Part shown: one piece after another, positions 9,731 to 19,377 of the stretch
Layout: every line of letters begins with the position of its first letter
Position numbering within the stretch: the stretch's first letter is position 1
From: a virus
IMG/VR virus record: IMGVR_UViG_3300017963_000203
Location: 66,895-130,894 of that record
Strand: one strand, 5' to 3'
DNA length: 64,000 nucleotides
Position numbers and translations under genes: made by a program
Notes under the pieces: model-generated
The model's database searches: none
Told to the model about the DNA's origin: nothing
Seen by the model: only the letters and a program-made list of their open reading frames with translations

Positions 9731-9904
9731 ATGGACCACTACCCGCCAGGCATCGCTCGGGGCCTCGAGTCGCTCATCGTGTTGCTCTTGGGCTCCGTGG
9801 CCGTAGTGGGCTACAGGCTCGGCACCGGTGAGCTACAGAGGGATTTGCAAACCTTTTTCAATCGTCACGATCGGAGAAGGCGCAGGCGTCTGCGGCAACC
9901 CTGA
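9731..9904 (+). CDS. small single-TM protein with Arg-rich tail
   Basis: GGAGGGG RBS before ATG 9731; LIVLLLGSVAVVGY then RRRRRR. Confidence 0.5.
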   Translation: MDHYPPGIARGLESLIVLLLGSVAVVGYRLGTGELQRDLQTFFNRHDRRRRRRLRQP

Positions 9905-9965
9905 CGTTGTCCATCCCTTCGGGGATGGGTTGGAGTCGTCGGTCCAGTGCGAGGCCTTCGGGCCG

Positions 9966-9994
9966 GGGAGGGTGGCGCGAGCCTCCCTCTTTTT
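9966..9994 (+). terminator. terminator (last of three tandem hairpins)
   Basis: GGGAGG...CCTCCC-tcTTTTT. Confidence 0.55.
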
Positions 9995-10015
9995 ACTCTG
10001 ATTTCTGTCATAAGA
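9991..10015 (+). promoter_or_regulatory. putative phage promoter TTTTAC-N10-GTCATAAGA
   Basis: Recurring motif immediately upstream of AAAGGAGG RBS. Confidence 0.6.
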
Positions 10016-10034
10016 TGGTTGAAAGGAGGCTGTT

Positions 10035-10586
10035 ATGATCGATTATGAACCCGCCACAGGCGCATACAAGCCTGAGGTCCTCCGGAAAAACACGGGACTC
10101 GCCGCCACGTTCAGACACAGCTCATGGCCTTTCATCCTGGCGTGCAACCGGCACCATCTCGAGATCATGGAAAAGCACGGGACCGGTACCGAGGAGAAAC
10201 GCGCCCGATGGTGCCGCAATCACATCGAGAGGAAGAAACAGGAGCGCAGGGATCTCGCCGCACATCTCTGGAAGATCAGGAAACACCTCGGAGCCCCGAT
10301 GGCTCGAGTCTTCCTGACGGCCGTCAGAGCCCGCAAGGAGGCTGAGGACACAAACCTGACCACAGCGTTCCTGTGGAAGATGGGCAAGCGCCTGGGCGTC
10401 CAGTGGGACAAATGGGGTCAGCCTATCCTCAACGGCGAGCAGGAGGCCAGGGCCGATCGTCTCGTCGACGCGATCGTCCTCCGGAAGGTGAATCAGCAAA
10501 TCCGGAAAGAAAGAGCCCGCGTCCGTCTCAGGCTGAAATACGCCGCAGACCGGGCGTTGCGTCAGGCGAAGGCCCACCTCAACTGA
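10035..10586 (+). CDS. hypothetical basic protein
   Basis: AAAGGAGG RBS; bounded by motif and terminator. Confidence 0.75.
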   Translation: MIDYEPATGAYKPEVLRKNTGLAATFRHSSWPFILACNRHHLEIMEKHGTGTEEKRARWCRNHIERKKQERRDLAAHLWKIRKHLGAPMARVFLTAVRARKEAEDTNLTTAFLWKMGKRLGVQWDKWGQPILNGEQEARADRLVDAIVLRKVNQQIRKERARVRLRLKYAADRALRQAKAHLN

Positions 10587-10591
10587 CCAGG

Positions 10592-10618
10592 AGAGCCGGG
10601 AAAACCCGGCTCTTTTTA
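10592..10618 (+). terminator. GAGAGCC-family terminator
   Basis: AGAGCCGG-aaaac-CCGGCTCT-TTTT. Confidence 0.7.
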
Positions 10619-10627
10619 GTCATGAGA
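10619..10627 (+). promoter_or_regulatory. putative phage promoter motif GTCATGAGA
   Basis: Recurring motif directly after terminator. Confidence 0.5.
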
Positions 10628-10660
10628 GTTGTGAAGGATTCTTTTTTCTACGGAGGATTG

Positions 10661-10870
10661 ATGACGAGAGTCTTGAACCTCAGCACGGGTGGTGAGACGG
10701 CGTATGACCAGCACCCGGTTCGCGCTGTCATCCTGGCCCACCAGCAGTCCATGGGAAACTGGAACTGGTGGAGCCGTGGATACTTCGATATACCGGTCCT
10801 GGTAGGCCGCTTCACTGTGGCGTGTGGCGACTTTTGTGCTTTCAAGAGAAGACCAAGGAGGCATCGATGA
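10661..10870 (+). CDS. hypothetical protein
   Basis: GGAGG RBS before MTRVLNLSTG; coupled to next gene. Confidence 0.65.
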   Translation: MTRVLNLSTGGETAYDQHPVRAVILAHQQSMGNWNWWSRGYFDIPVLVGRFTVACGDFCAFKRRPRRHR

Positions 10871-12351
10871 GTTCTATCATCTTCCCGGCATTCCTTCCAA
10901 ATCAGATCATCTTGGGCAACCCCAAGTCCAACGTGGCCGTCATCTGCGGATGGGAGCCGCGCAACCTCTTCCACAAGGCCCTCCTGAAGGAAGACCCGTC
11001 GATCATGGAAAAGATCGCCGGGATCGGCCAGATGTACACCGCCGGTCGCGGCGTGGACATACTGGTGCGAAACCTCCTTGCCAATCCGAGGATCAACACG
11101 CTCATCTTCACCGGCCGAGACAAATCAGGCGCGTCGGAGGACGCGATCGCCTTCTTCGACCAGGAACAAAACGGCCTCCTGAGCGAGTACAAAACGGCCT
11201 CCGGGGCCAAGTACTTCTGCGTGGACGACGCCCCGTCGGCTCGCGTCTGGGCGAATATCCCCATCCAGCTTCTCGAGAATCTCCGAAGCAGGATCACCAT
11301 CGGCACCATTCCGAGCAACCGGCCGGATGAGATCGTTCGCATGGCCAGAACCTTCTACGGCGTGGGACACCCCATCTCAGACGAGGCCGAAGTCATTCCG
11401 CCACCCGTAGCCGAAGCCAAGACCTTCCCCGCCCCCAACAGTGTTCAAGTTTTACGCGCCAAAACAGTCGGTGAAGGCTGGCTCGATCTCCTTCACCACA
11501 TCCTCACATACGGAAAAAGGAGCCCTACGCACTACGATCAGGACCAACTCGAGATTCTGAACCTGGTCATGGTTATCACGGACCAGGAGGCGCATCCGGA
11601 GAGAATTCCGACCTACCTCCCGTTCACGCTCGACAAGATCAATGCCTACTGTGTGGGCCTCCTATCAGGAGAGAAAGACGAAGGCGTCACGTACACCTAT
11701 GGGAATCGGATTCGTGCTCACTTCGGCGTGGATCAGCTCATGCGCGTGTCCCAGAAGCTCGCCAAGGATCGAGACTCTCGGAGTGTGGTCATCAACCTTT
11801 GGGACGCCACGGTCGAACAAGGCGGTTCTCCGTGCCTGAACCACATCTGGTTCCGCATCCTCGAAGGCAAACTCTTCATGACGGCCACGATCCGGTCCAA
11901 CGACATGTTCCTGGGCTGGCCGGAGAACAGCTATGGGCTCCGGTTCCTCCAGGACTGGGTGCGCTGCATGGTCCTCAAGCTCGAAGGTGAGTACCAGGAT
12001 GACAAGGGTCTGGGCATGGGCGACCTGGTGATCGTCTCTCAGAGTGCGCACCTCTATGAGGACTGCTGGGGCCCTGCGAAGGAGATCGTGGACAAGTACC
12101 GCCGCTACCAGGAATGGCACGACGAGAAAGGTCAGTGGACCTTCGAGTCGAAGAATCAGGACGCCGGAGGAAGGCCGACACCCTTCGATGTCGTTGCCAC
12201 GCTCCACTCGCCGAGCGGAGAGTTCCTCACGTCCATCGAGGGTACCGCCCACAAGATTCGCCGTGAGATCGCTCGTCGCGGTCTTATCTCGGACGTGGGC
12301 CACGCGCTTTACGTCGGGCAGATGCTTGAGAAGGCTTCGAGGAGGAAGTGA
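10867..12351 (+). CDS. thymidylate synthase-family protein fused to N-terminal MtrA-like and C-terminal DUF4346-like domains
   Basis: YTYGNR, DSR, SPCL (catalytic Cys), RSNDMFLGWPEN, SAHLYE; N-term GNPxSNVAV..LVRNLLANPRI; C-term HALYVGQMLEKA; AAGGAGG RBS before 10867. Confidence 0.85.
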   Translation: MSSIIFPAFLPNQIILGNPKSNVAVICGWEPRNLFHKALLKEDPSIMEKIAGIGQMYTAGRGVDILVRNLLANPRINTLIFTGRDKSGASEDAIAFFDQEQNGLLSEYKTASGAKYFCVDDAPSARVWANIPIQLLENLRSRITIGTIPSNRPDEIVRMARTFYGVGHPISDEAEVIPPPVAEAKTFPAPNSVQVLRAKTVGEGWLDLLHHILTYGKRSPTHYDQDQLEILNLVMVITDQEAHPERIPTYLPFTLDKINAYCVGLLSGEKDEGVTYTYGNRIRAHFGVDQLMRVSQKLAKDRDSRSVVINLWDATVEQGGSPCLNHIWFRILEGKLFMTATIRSNDMFLGWPENSYGLRFLQDWVRCMVLKLEGEYQDDKGLGMGDLVIVSQSAHLYEDCWGPAKEIVDKYRRYQEWHDEKGQWTFESKNQDAGGRPTPFDVVATLHSPSGEFLTSIEGTAHKIRREIARRGLISDVGHALYVGQMLEKASRRK

Positions 12352-12698
12352 TGGGAATAAGTTTCAGCCACTGTGACCGCGATGCCGATTCAAGTTACTC
12401 CTGCTTCCATCGCTTCAGATCGAGACTCGCCAGGGAGATCGGGATTGACCTCGACGCCATGGTCGGATTCGGTGGCATAGCTTCCTGGTCGATACACAAC
12501 GATCCGCTGATTCCGTTCCTCAATCACGACGACAACTGCGGCAGCCTCGAGCCAGAGGTTTGCGCCACTGTCGCGCCCAGACTTGAGGAGGTCGTCTCCG
12601 GATGGCCGCGATACGACACCGACAAGGAGAGGGCGTTCGAAATCGCCCGCGGGATGCGGAAGGCAGCAGAACGTGGAGAGAGGTTTCGCTTTCTATAG
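12348..12698 (+). CDS. hypothetical protein
   Basis: GAGGAGG RBS; SYSxFxxFR and DPLxPFLNHxDxxG segments. Confidence 0.7.
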   Translation: MMGISFSHCDRDADSSYSCFHRFRSRLAREIGIDLDAMVGFGGIASWSIHNDPLIPFLNHDDNCGSLEPEVCATVAPRLEEVVSGWPRYDTDKERAFEIARGMRKAAERGERFRFL

Positions 12699-12709
12699 GA
12701 GGAACGCTG

Positions 12710-12916
12710 ATGCTCCGAGTAAAAAAGGACGCAAGAATCATATCCGGAGACGGAAAACACGTAGGAAAGGCCACAGGAGGTGGCTACGCCTGCCGCTTGG
12801 AGGGATGCCGCGGCTGGCGGATCAGAGTCCGTTGGAGAGACGGCTCCGTCACCTTCCCCTGCTCCAAGGGGATGCTGCTGAAGAACGACCCCGTCGACTT
12901 CGGGAGGATCTTGTGA
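12710..12916 (+). CDS. hypothetical protein
   Basis: GGAGG RBS; CRLEGC..PC. Confidence 0.65.
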   Translation: MLRVKKDARIISGDGKHVGKATGGGYACRLEGCRGWRIRVRWRDGSVTFPCSKGMLLKNDPVDFGRIL

Positions 12917-13743
12917 GGAAGCCAAGAACCAGGAAGGCCATGATCGCCTACCTGACCAATCACTTTCGTTACTACACCGGCAACTCGTGGAACCGGTCCT
13001 CGAGCTACGCCGCCAACGTCAAGATTCACCGGATCATGCCGGACGACCTCGACGGCTACGACTTCCTCCAGACCGAAGAGGCCTTCAGAGAGGGTAAAGA
13101 CATCATCCGGGAGTTCGAAGAGCGCCACAAGTACGAGTGGCAGATCTTCAGTAACGGCCGCTCCAGCGGCTACCTCGTACTCTACACGGGCGGAATGAGG
13201 CCGTCCGGGTACAAACGCCACTGCATCGCCTGCGGCCAGCAGAACTACCGCAGGGGAGTCCCACCCAAACCCGACGACCTGACGGATAAGGAGTGGGAGT
13301 GCTATCAGTACGTTCTCTTCAAGCATCACTGGGTCCTCGACGTCTACCCGAACCAGGAAGAGATCGCGAAGCTCGGGCTCTCCCAGGAGAGAATCCACGA
13401 GATCGCGAAGCGGGCGAAGGAGGATGTGAGGAAGAACGGGGAGGTGGGGGTCAACGTGTGCGGGCGGTGCAACGCCGAGGGCACTCTCCAGGACTACGCC
13501 AGGACCCACATGACCACCTTCTCGTACCCGTACAAGGGCGTGGACGACGGGGAAGACTTCGAGTCCTGGGATACCGACTCGCTGAAATGGCGCGTCGACG
13601 TGGTGTGGGACTTCGACAAGACCGTCGAGAAGGCGGTCAAGTCTTTCATCGACTTCGTGCGATCGCACAAGGTCGTGGAGCGGCAGATCATGGTCCCCAA
13701 GACCATCCACGTGGCCGTACCGGCCGGAGAGGAGGTGGGATGA
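12913..13743 (+). CDS. hypothetical protein with CxxC pairs
   Basis: GGAGG RBS then GTG; HFRYYTGNSWNRSSSYA, NGRSSGYLVLY. Confidence 0.75.
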   Translation: MRKPRTRKAMIAYLTNHFRYYTGNSWNRSSSYAANVKIHRIMPDDLDGYDFLQTEEAFREGKDIIREFEERHKYEWQIFSNGRSSGYLVLYTGGMRPSGYKRHCIACGQQNYRRGVPPKPDDLTDKEWECYQYVLFKHHWVLDVYPNQEEIAKLGLSQERIHEIAKRAKEDVRKNGEVGVNVCGRCNAEGTLQDYARTHMTTFSYPYKGVDDGEDFESWDTDSLKWRVDVVWDFDKTVEKAVKSFIDFVRSHKVVERQIMVPKTIHVAVPAGEEVG

Positions 13744-14240
13744 GGAGGTTCATGAAGGAGACGCTCGAGAAACAGCGCAACAAGGTCGGGAGCGTGAAGT
13801 TCAAGAACTACATCGTGAGAGAAGATCGAGGAGGTCAATTCGTGGAGCGAGAAGACTTACAGTTTCTGGGGGAGTCCATCATCACCATCAAGGGCACCAA
13901 CCGCTGCCTGGGCGACCTCATTCACTTCGAAGGGAAGGGCACCTTCTGCCCCAACAACGGCCGCGTTCCTGTGACCAAGGAGGAGGCCGAAGTTCACAAC
14001 AAGGTGTTCGACCAGGCGAAGATCGAAGGGCTCGACAAGAACTGCGAGGTCGGACAGGGGGCCATGTTCTACTGGGACAAGGAGAACGTGAAGACGTTCC
14101 TCGGGACCCGGGTGAACGAGGGCCACGTGGTCATGTCGGGCACGACCCGAAAAACCGTCTACTTCGGCCGGAAGGGCATGAAGTTCAAAGGCGTCCTGCG
14201 AAAGAACGTAGATTGCTTCTGGGCCAGGAGGGTTTCATGA
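13740..14240 (+). CDS. hypothetical protein
   Basis: GGAGG RBS, ATGA overlap. Confidence 0.7.
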   Translation: MRRFMKETLEKQRNKVGSVKFKNYIVREDRGGQFVEREDLQFLGESIITIKGTNRCLGDLIHFEGKGTFCPNNGRVPVTKEEAEVHNKVFDQAKIEGLDKNCEVGQGAMFYWDKENVKTFLGTRVNEGHVVMSGTTRKTVYFGRKGMKFKGVLRKNVDCFWARRVS

Positions 14241-14434
14241 GCGATAACGACCGCAACCCGGACGATGAGTACGTGCTTCCAGTGGGACGCGCTGGGATCC
14301 GCGGGAAGCGTCTGATGGATGTTTCCCTCAGGGATCTCGATTCGCTCCTGGGCTGGCTCGAGGATAAGGGCGCCCGGACCGACGTACAGGAGGTCCTCGC
14401 CCGCTACCTGAAGGACAACCAATATGACCGATAA
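14237..14434 (+). CDS. small hypothetical protein (DUF3820-like)
   Basis: LPVG..RGKRLMDV..LxWL pattern. Confidence 0.5.
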   Translation: MSDNDRNPDDEYVLPVGRAGIRGKRLMDVSLRDLDSLLGWLEDKGARTDVQEVLARYLKDNQYDR

Positions 14435-14891
14435 ACAGCACGTCGCGCTGACAAGGTGCTACTTCTGTGGCGAATCGGACCGTATCCTCCTCGCCACCAG
14501 GTACAACCAGAAGGGGGAGCCCCTGAAGGATCTGGGGCCCATGCACGGCAAGGTCGTCGACATGGAGCCTTGCCCACAATGCAAGGAGTACATGGAGCAG
14601 GGCGTCATCCTCATCGGTATCGATGACGCCAAATCTGAGCCGAACTGGTTCAAGGAGAGAATCCCCAACCCCTACCGGACCGGTGCATGGTCCGTGATCA
14701 AGGAAGAGGCATTCGATCGTCTACCGCTCTGCGGCCCTGAAGCCGATCGGATCAAGGAATTCGCCAAGAAGCAGCGGTTCATGTTCGTGGAGCACCAGGT
14801 CCTCGTGAACCTGGGCATCGTCAAGGAGAAGCCCGATGAAGGTGAAATGCAACAGAGCGGAGGAGTGCCAGAAGAGGTTCCCGGATCGTGA
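14424..14891 (+). CDS. hypothetical zinc-binding protein
   Basis: CYFC and CPQC. Confidence 0.7.
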   Translation: MTDKQHVALTRCYFCGESDRILLATRYNQKGEPLKDLGPMHGKVVDMEPCPQCKEYMEQGVILIGIDDAKSEPNWFKERIPNPYRTGAWSVIKEEAFDRLPLCGPEADRIKEFAKKQRFMFVEHQVLVNLGIVKEKPDEGEMQQSGGVPEEVPGS

Positions 14892-15618
14892 TTGCGGTGC
14901 TTGGCACGTCCACGACTCCAGCCAATGCGAGCCCTGCCCATTCTCGCAGCCCGGGGATGCGAAGTGCGTGCCGGCACTACCCGATCCGCATGAGGTCGGC
15001 TTCGGTGAGTGGATCGCCGAACTGATCGCATGCGGCATGAACAACCAAGAGATTCTGACCTACCTGGAACCCGACTCTCGAGAAGAAGACCTGGTGGCGC
15101 TTGTCCGCACGCTCATGACCAAACGACAGGAGCCCGAGGAAAAGCCGTACGACTCCTACAACGATACACGGCTGCACATCAACCGCGTCCGAGAGCTGCT
15201 CGGCCAGGTCCGATCCGATCTCGACAGGCGAGGACTCATTCATGACGATACAAAACTCAGACCGCCAGAAAAGGCGATCTTCGACGAGTTCACGCCCAAG
15301 TTGCGAGGAGCGACCTACGGCAGCGATGAGTACAAGGGCTTTCTGAAGGCCATGAAACCTGCCCTCGACCACCACTACGCCGTGAGCAGGCATCACCCGG
15401 AACACTTCGAGGCCGGAGTGGCGTCTATGAATCTCGTCGATCTGATCGAGATGCTGGCCGACTGGAGGGCTGCGTCCGAGCGCCACGCCAACGGCAACCT
15501 CTACCGAAGCATCCAGATCAACGCCGATCGTTTCGGCATGTCGGGCTGGCTCAAGGACTGCCTGCTCCACACGGCCGAAGATCTCGGCTGGTGGGACGGC
15601 GTGATTCCGGAGGACTGA
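14836..15618 (+). CDS. DUF5662-like HD-domain protein with Cys-rich N-terminus
   Basis: HINRV, HDDTK, YGSDEY, HHYAVSRHHPEHF, DLIEMLADW. Confidence 0.75.
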   Translation: MKVKCNRAEECQKRFPDRDCGAWHVHDSSQCEPCPFSQPGDAKCVPALPDPHEVGFGEWIAELIACGMNNQEILTYLEPDSREEDLVALVRTLMTKRQEPEEKPYDSYNDTRLHINRVRELLGQVRSDLDRRGLIHDDTKLRPPEKAIFDEFTPKLRGATYGSDEYKGFLKAMKPALDHHYAVSRHHPEHFEAGVASMNLVDLIEMLADWRAASERHANGNLYRSIQINADRFGMSGWLKDCLLHTAEDLGWWDGVIPED

Positions 15619-15920
15619 TGGACTTCAATGAGATCCTGTCTCGCCTCGACATCCTGGAGAAGCGGCTGGTCAAGGGCGTGAAGGACAACATGCGTATCCA
15701 GAGCATTCACCTGAAAATCTTCCCTGACGGAAGCGGCATGGTGGATGCCGACTGGAGCAAGTGCACGGAGGAGATGTGCAGAGAGGAGTCCCTCCTCCAC
15801 GCCATCTTCACCACGGAGAGTGCCCTTTTCGAGTTCTCGAGTATCCAGGAGCTCGGGGCCTGGCTCAGGGACATGACCCCGAAGGAGGAAGATGGAACGG
15901 ATAAAGGCGGCAGCAATTAG
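15618..15920 (+). CDS. hypothetical protein
   Basis: GGAGG RBS, TGATG coupling. Confidence 0.65.
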   Translation: MDFNEILSRLDILEKRLVKGVKDNMRIQSIHLKIFPDGSGMVDADWSKCTEEMCREESLLHAIFTTESALFEFSSIQELGAWLRDMTPKEEDGTDKGGSN

Positions 15921-16182
15921 GCTCAAGGACGGTCGCGTGTTCACCGGCAAGTGCCACGGAAACATCATCCAGAGCTTCCCGGGGAAGGTAGACCGGCAAG
16001 ACACCGTTGGATCGCAGCACGGGTTCGTGACGTCCGACGGTCGCTTCGTGGATCGGCAGGACGCAAGAGACGTCGCCGTCGCTGCGGGCCAGGTTCCAGA
16101 AGGAATAGGTGTCCTGTACTCCGAGGACCTGATGACCTTCGACAGCAACTACCTCAAGGAGGACGAGGATGGGGGTGACTAA
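15892..16182 (+). CDS. hypothetical phage protein
   Basis: AAAI..G..H, GFVTSDGRFVDR, LYSEDL. Confidence 0.75.
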   Translation: MERIKAAAIRLKDGRVFTGKCHGNIIQSFPGKVDRQDTVGSQHGFVTSDGRFVDRQDARDVAVAAGQVPEGIGVLYSEDLMTFDSNYLKEDEDGGD

Positions 16183-16426
16183 TTTCAAGAACATGATCGG
16201 CGACGAGCTGCGAGCTGTGGGAATCGCCCCGAGCGGCGCCCTCTTCCCCATCCGGTCGGCCGACAGCGTGCGCGGCTATCAGCTCGCCGCGATCATCGTG
16301 GGGATCAGGCACCGTGCCTGGTTCAAGGAAAACGAGAAGTCCCTGCGCCTTTCCCTCCCCGGCAAAGGGGAGGGCGGCCAGGTCATCATCTTCGGCGACG
16401 CCGACTCGATGACGGAGGTCTTCTGA
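16169..16426 (+). CDS. hypothetical protein
   Basis: Packed ORF with RBS. Confidence 0.6.
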   Translation: MGVTNFKNMIGDELRAVGIAPSGALFPIRSADSVRGYQLAAIIVGIRHRAWFKENEKSLRLSLPGKGEGGQVIIFGDADSMTEVF

Positions 16427-17028
16427 TGTCAGAGGAAAAGAAAAGCAAGATCGACCAGGTCGGGGACCTCCTCGAGGAGGGCCTCGAGAGCGGAGAGATC
16501 GAGAAGGTCGACGTGGTCATGGACGAGCACTCATACTCCTTGAAGAACCAAGAGCCTCCCGACACTACGGCCCCCGACGACCACCCCATCCACCACAAGC
16601 ACGACACCGACCTGGTCCTCAAAGACGGGGTTCGCTCCGTCTGGATCGAGGTTGGCGACCTCGTCGTCTACTTGCGCCGGACGTTCACGACCGATCCGTC
16701 CGACCCCGAGAAGGAGGTCCCCCTGGGCGTGGCCGTGGACATCACACCAATGGTCTGCGCTGAAGAGACTCTCGACTGTTGCTCGGCCACGTTCGAGGAC
16801 GCCAAGGACTTCGAATGCAAGAACTGTGGCAAATACACCGGGGGCGTCGACTACGACTTCTGCGAGGACTGCGATCCCAGACAGCCCTGCGGCCATCCGG
16901 AGAGCGCCATCGAAGGTTCGGAGGATGGAACAAACTACTGCGGCCTGTGCGCCGCGGAAGCGGCCAACCGTCCTGACGAGACCAGTCTCGGCATCGAACG
17001 CATGAGGGACGGCAACGCTGAAGGATAA
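16426..17028 (+). CDS. hypothetical acidic Cys-rich protein
   Basis: CKNC, CEDC, CGH, CGLC. Confidence 0.7.
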   Translation: MSEEKKSKIDQVGDLLEEGLESGEIEKVDVVMDEHSYSLKNQEPPDTTAPDDHPIHHKHDTDLVLKDGVRSVWIEVGDLVVYLRRTFTTDPSDPEKEVPLGVAVDITPMVCAEETLDCCSATFEDAKDFECKNCGKYTGGVDYDFCEDCDPRQPCGHPESAIEGSEDGTNYCGLCAAEAANRPDETSLGIERMRDGNAEG

Positions 17029-17048
17029 CCAGAGACGCTCTCACTTCT

Positions 17049-17057
17049 GTCACAAGA
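17049..17057 (+). promoter_or_regulatory. putative phage promoter motif variant GTCACAAGA
   Basis: TTCT-GTCACAAGA-N4-TG in an intergenic gap. Confidence 0.45.
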
Positions 17058-17100
17058 GAGGTGAGAGCGTTTTCATTTACATCGAGTGGAGGCAAAAACG

Positions 17101-18192
17101 ATGGATTGGCCGAAAGACATGCCGTTTCCAGTCTACTTCAAAGCATGGCACATGCGTGAAGCCAGGAGACTCGGTGCAGAGCGATATTGCCGCGCGAACA
17201 ACATCAATTTCGACTGGGAATTCATGCACACGTTTCGCCGCATGATGCTGAGACAAACAGGTCCACGACCCTTGGGGAACCATCTCGATCTCCTCGAAGA
17301 GGCCATGTACGAGACGGAGTGCCGGACGTTCATTCTTTCAGCCAACCTCATCAACGCTCTCCGCGATACTCGGCCCAGAGACATCGACGCCTCCCTCCTC
17401 TAAACGCCGTTCGACCTGTTCTACGTCGACTTCTCGGCCGTCGAAATTCCATCCGGGAATCCGGAGAACAGGTTCTCACAGACTGTTCGCGGCGTGATAA
17501 CCCTCGGCCGAAATGGCCACGCAAACCGCAGAATCTGCGAAGAGAATGATCTCGATCCCAACGACGGGATCATTGGATTCTTCATCGAACACGCCCCGGG
17601 TGACTACGACGGCCCCGGCGGAAGTGCAGCACCATGGACGGGAAGTCTCGCATCGTGGAGAGTCCACAACGGTGTCTACTCCCTCGAACATGCCATCAGC
17701 AACATCGAAGGAACAACGGAAGACACAGACCTCATACGAGTGGCATGGAACGTCTGGGCCCAGGCAATCCTCTACATTAACTCGGTGAATCGAGACGAAC
17801 GAGAGGAGTACCTGGAGGAACGGCTGGTCCCACGACTAAGAGGAAAGAAGGGACGAGCACGCCGAGACCTGAAACGTCGCATCGAGGACAGCGGCCGCGT
17901 CTTCCGTCTCGGCCACTACATCCACATTCCCCAGGGCAGCGAGGGCGAGAAGAGAGCCCACCAAGGAGGTCACGTGAACGTGCGCTTCCTGGTTCGGGGC
18001 CACTGGCACACCTACTGGACCGGATCAAACCGGTTCGGTAATCGTCGACAGGTTCTGAAGTGGCTCAAGCCCTATTGGAAGGGCCCAGAGACTGCCGACA
18101 CCGTCCACGGCACCTATGTGGTCAAGGAGACCGAAAATGACCGAGGAAGAGATTCAGAACCACAAGGAGAAGATAGACCGGATGAGCCGTGA
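17101..18192 (+). pseudogene. single gene interrupted by in-frame TAA at 17401-17403
   Basis: ORFs 17086..17403 and 17494..18192 share a frame; the intervening codons are open (DASLL*TPFDLFYVDF); C-terminus VRGHWHTYWTG..KWLKPYWKGP. Confidence 0.6.
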
Positions 18193-18340
18193 GGAGATGT
18201 GTCGTCTCTGGCGGTTCGCCCCGGCAGGCCACCCGTACTTCGTGACCGGGACCGAACTCACGGAGTACTTCGACAAGAGGTTTAAGGAGCTCGGCGGATT
18301 CAGTCCGGCGATCTCCAAGAAGATTGGATGGCGACAATGA
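18137..18340 (+). CDS. small hypothetical protein
   Basis: AAGGAG RBS; LWRFAPAGHPYF..GGFSPAISKKIGW. Confidence 0.7.
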   Translation: MTEEEIQNHKEKIDRMSREEMCRLWRFAPAGHPYFVTGTELTEYFDKRFKELGGFSPAISKKIGWRQ

Positions 18341-18678
18341 CCAAGGAAGAGATGATCGCCGTCGTCGTGGACGGCCACATGGACGACGTCGAGGGGTGGC
18401 TCCTTAACGACAGGGAGTCCCTCCGAGCGTGGTTGCAGGAGAGCCTCGGGCTCATGACCATGTCCGCGAAGGAGATCAGGTCCAAGTTCAGCGCCTACTT
18501 CGACGACCAGGCGGACGAGATCGGGGCTGACGTGGCCGCCCTTCTGAAGGACATCTACGACGAGGCGGACCACATCGACGGCACCGAAGCCCCTCGACGG
18601 GAAGAGGTGTCCCTCGAGAACGCGAGGAACATCAAGAGGTGGGCCAAAGAGGCCATCGAGAAGCTGGAGGAGCTATGA
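18328..18678 (+). CDS. hypothetical protein
   Basis: Packed ORF. Confidence 0.65.
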   Translation: MATMTKEEMIAVVVDGHMDDVEGWLLNDRESLRAWLQESLGLMTMSAKEIRSKFSAYFDDQADEIGADVAALLKDIYDEADHIDGTEAPRREEVSLENARNIKRWAKEAIEKLEEL

Positions 18679-19367
18679 ACCATCCTATCCACTGCGGAAA
18701 CTGCCAATGGACCGGCGACCTGGACGGCGATGACTACGTCGTTCTGGACGAGGTCCCCGACCTGGGAACGCGCCTATCCCCCGGATGCGAGTGCCCCGCC
18801 GGCGAGTGTCCGGCGTGCGGCTGCCTCGTCTTCCTCGGTGAGCTGCCCACGCCCAAGGAGATGACCGTCTCCGAAGCGCTCGAACTCCTGAAGACGAAGA
18901 TCAAGACCGACGACAACGCTTGGGACGCGATGGACGTCATCTCTCGCGTCTTCGCTACAGCGACCAAACGGTTCCGATGCCCGGCGTGCGGCGGTTCCCA
19001 TTTCGGGAGTGCGATCGGCGACGACGGCAAGATGACCAGGAACTGCCACTCTTGCCGTGGAGCGAAGAAATTCACTTGGACCGAAGACGAGGACGACAAG
19101 TATTTCCGCTGGGAAATAACGCTGCCCACCGGCGAACTTCTGGACCAACCCAGGGAAGTGAGCACAAGACCGGGCGTCAGCAAGTACGTGGGAACCTATT
19201 CACACCGTCACGGCGTGGACCTGATCAGTTTCCGCTCCAGGAAGCCGATCGAGGAACTCGACGCCGACGAGGTGGCGAAGGCTCTCAAGCTCGACTGGGA
19301 ACCGGACCGTGATGAATATCTGTCGTTCTTCTACGCGAACGGCATCGACTTCCCCGTGATCGATTGA
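18675..19367 (+). CDS. hypothetical multi-CxxC protein
   Basis: GGAGG RBS; CGNC, CPAC (x2), CHSC. Confidence 0.7.
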   Translation: MNHPIHCGNCQWTGDLDGDDYVVLDEVPDLGTRLSPGCECPAGECPACGCLVFLGELPTPKEMTVSEALELLKTKIKTDDNAWDAMDVISRVFATATKRFRCPACGGSHFGSAIGDDGKMTRNCHSCRGAKKFTWTEDEDDKYFRWEITLPTGELLDQPREVSTRPGVSKYVGTYSHRHGVDLISFRSRKPIEELDADEVAKALKLDWEPDRDEYLSFFYANGIDFPVID

Positions 19368-19377
19368 GGAGGAACCA

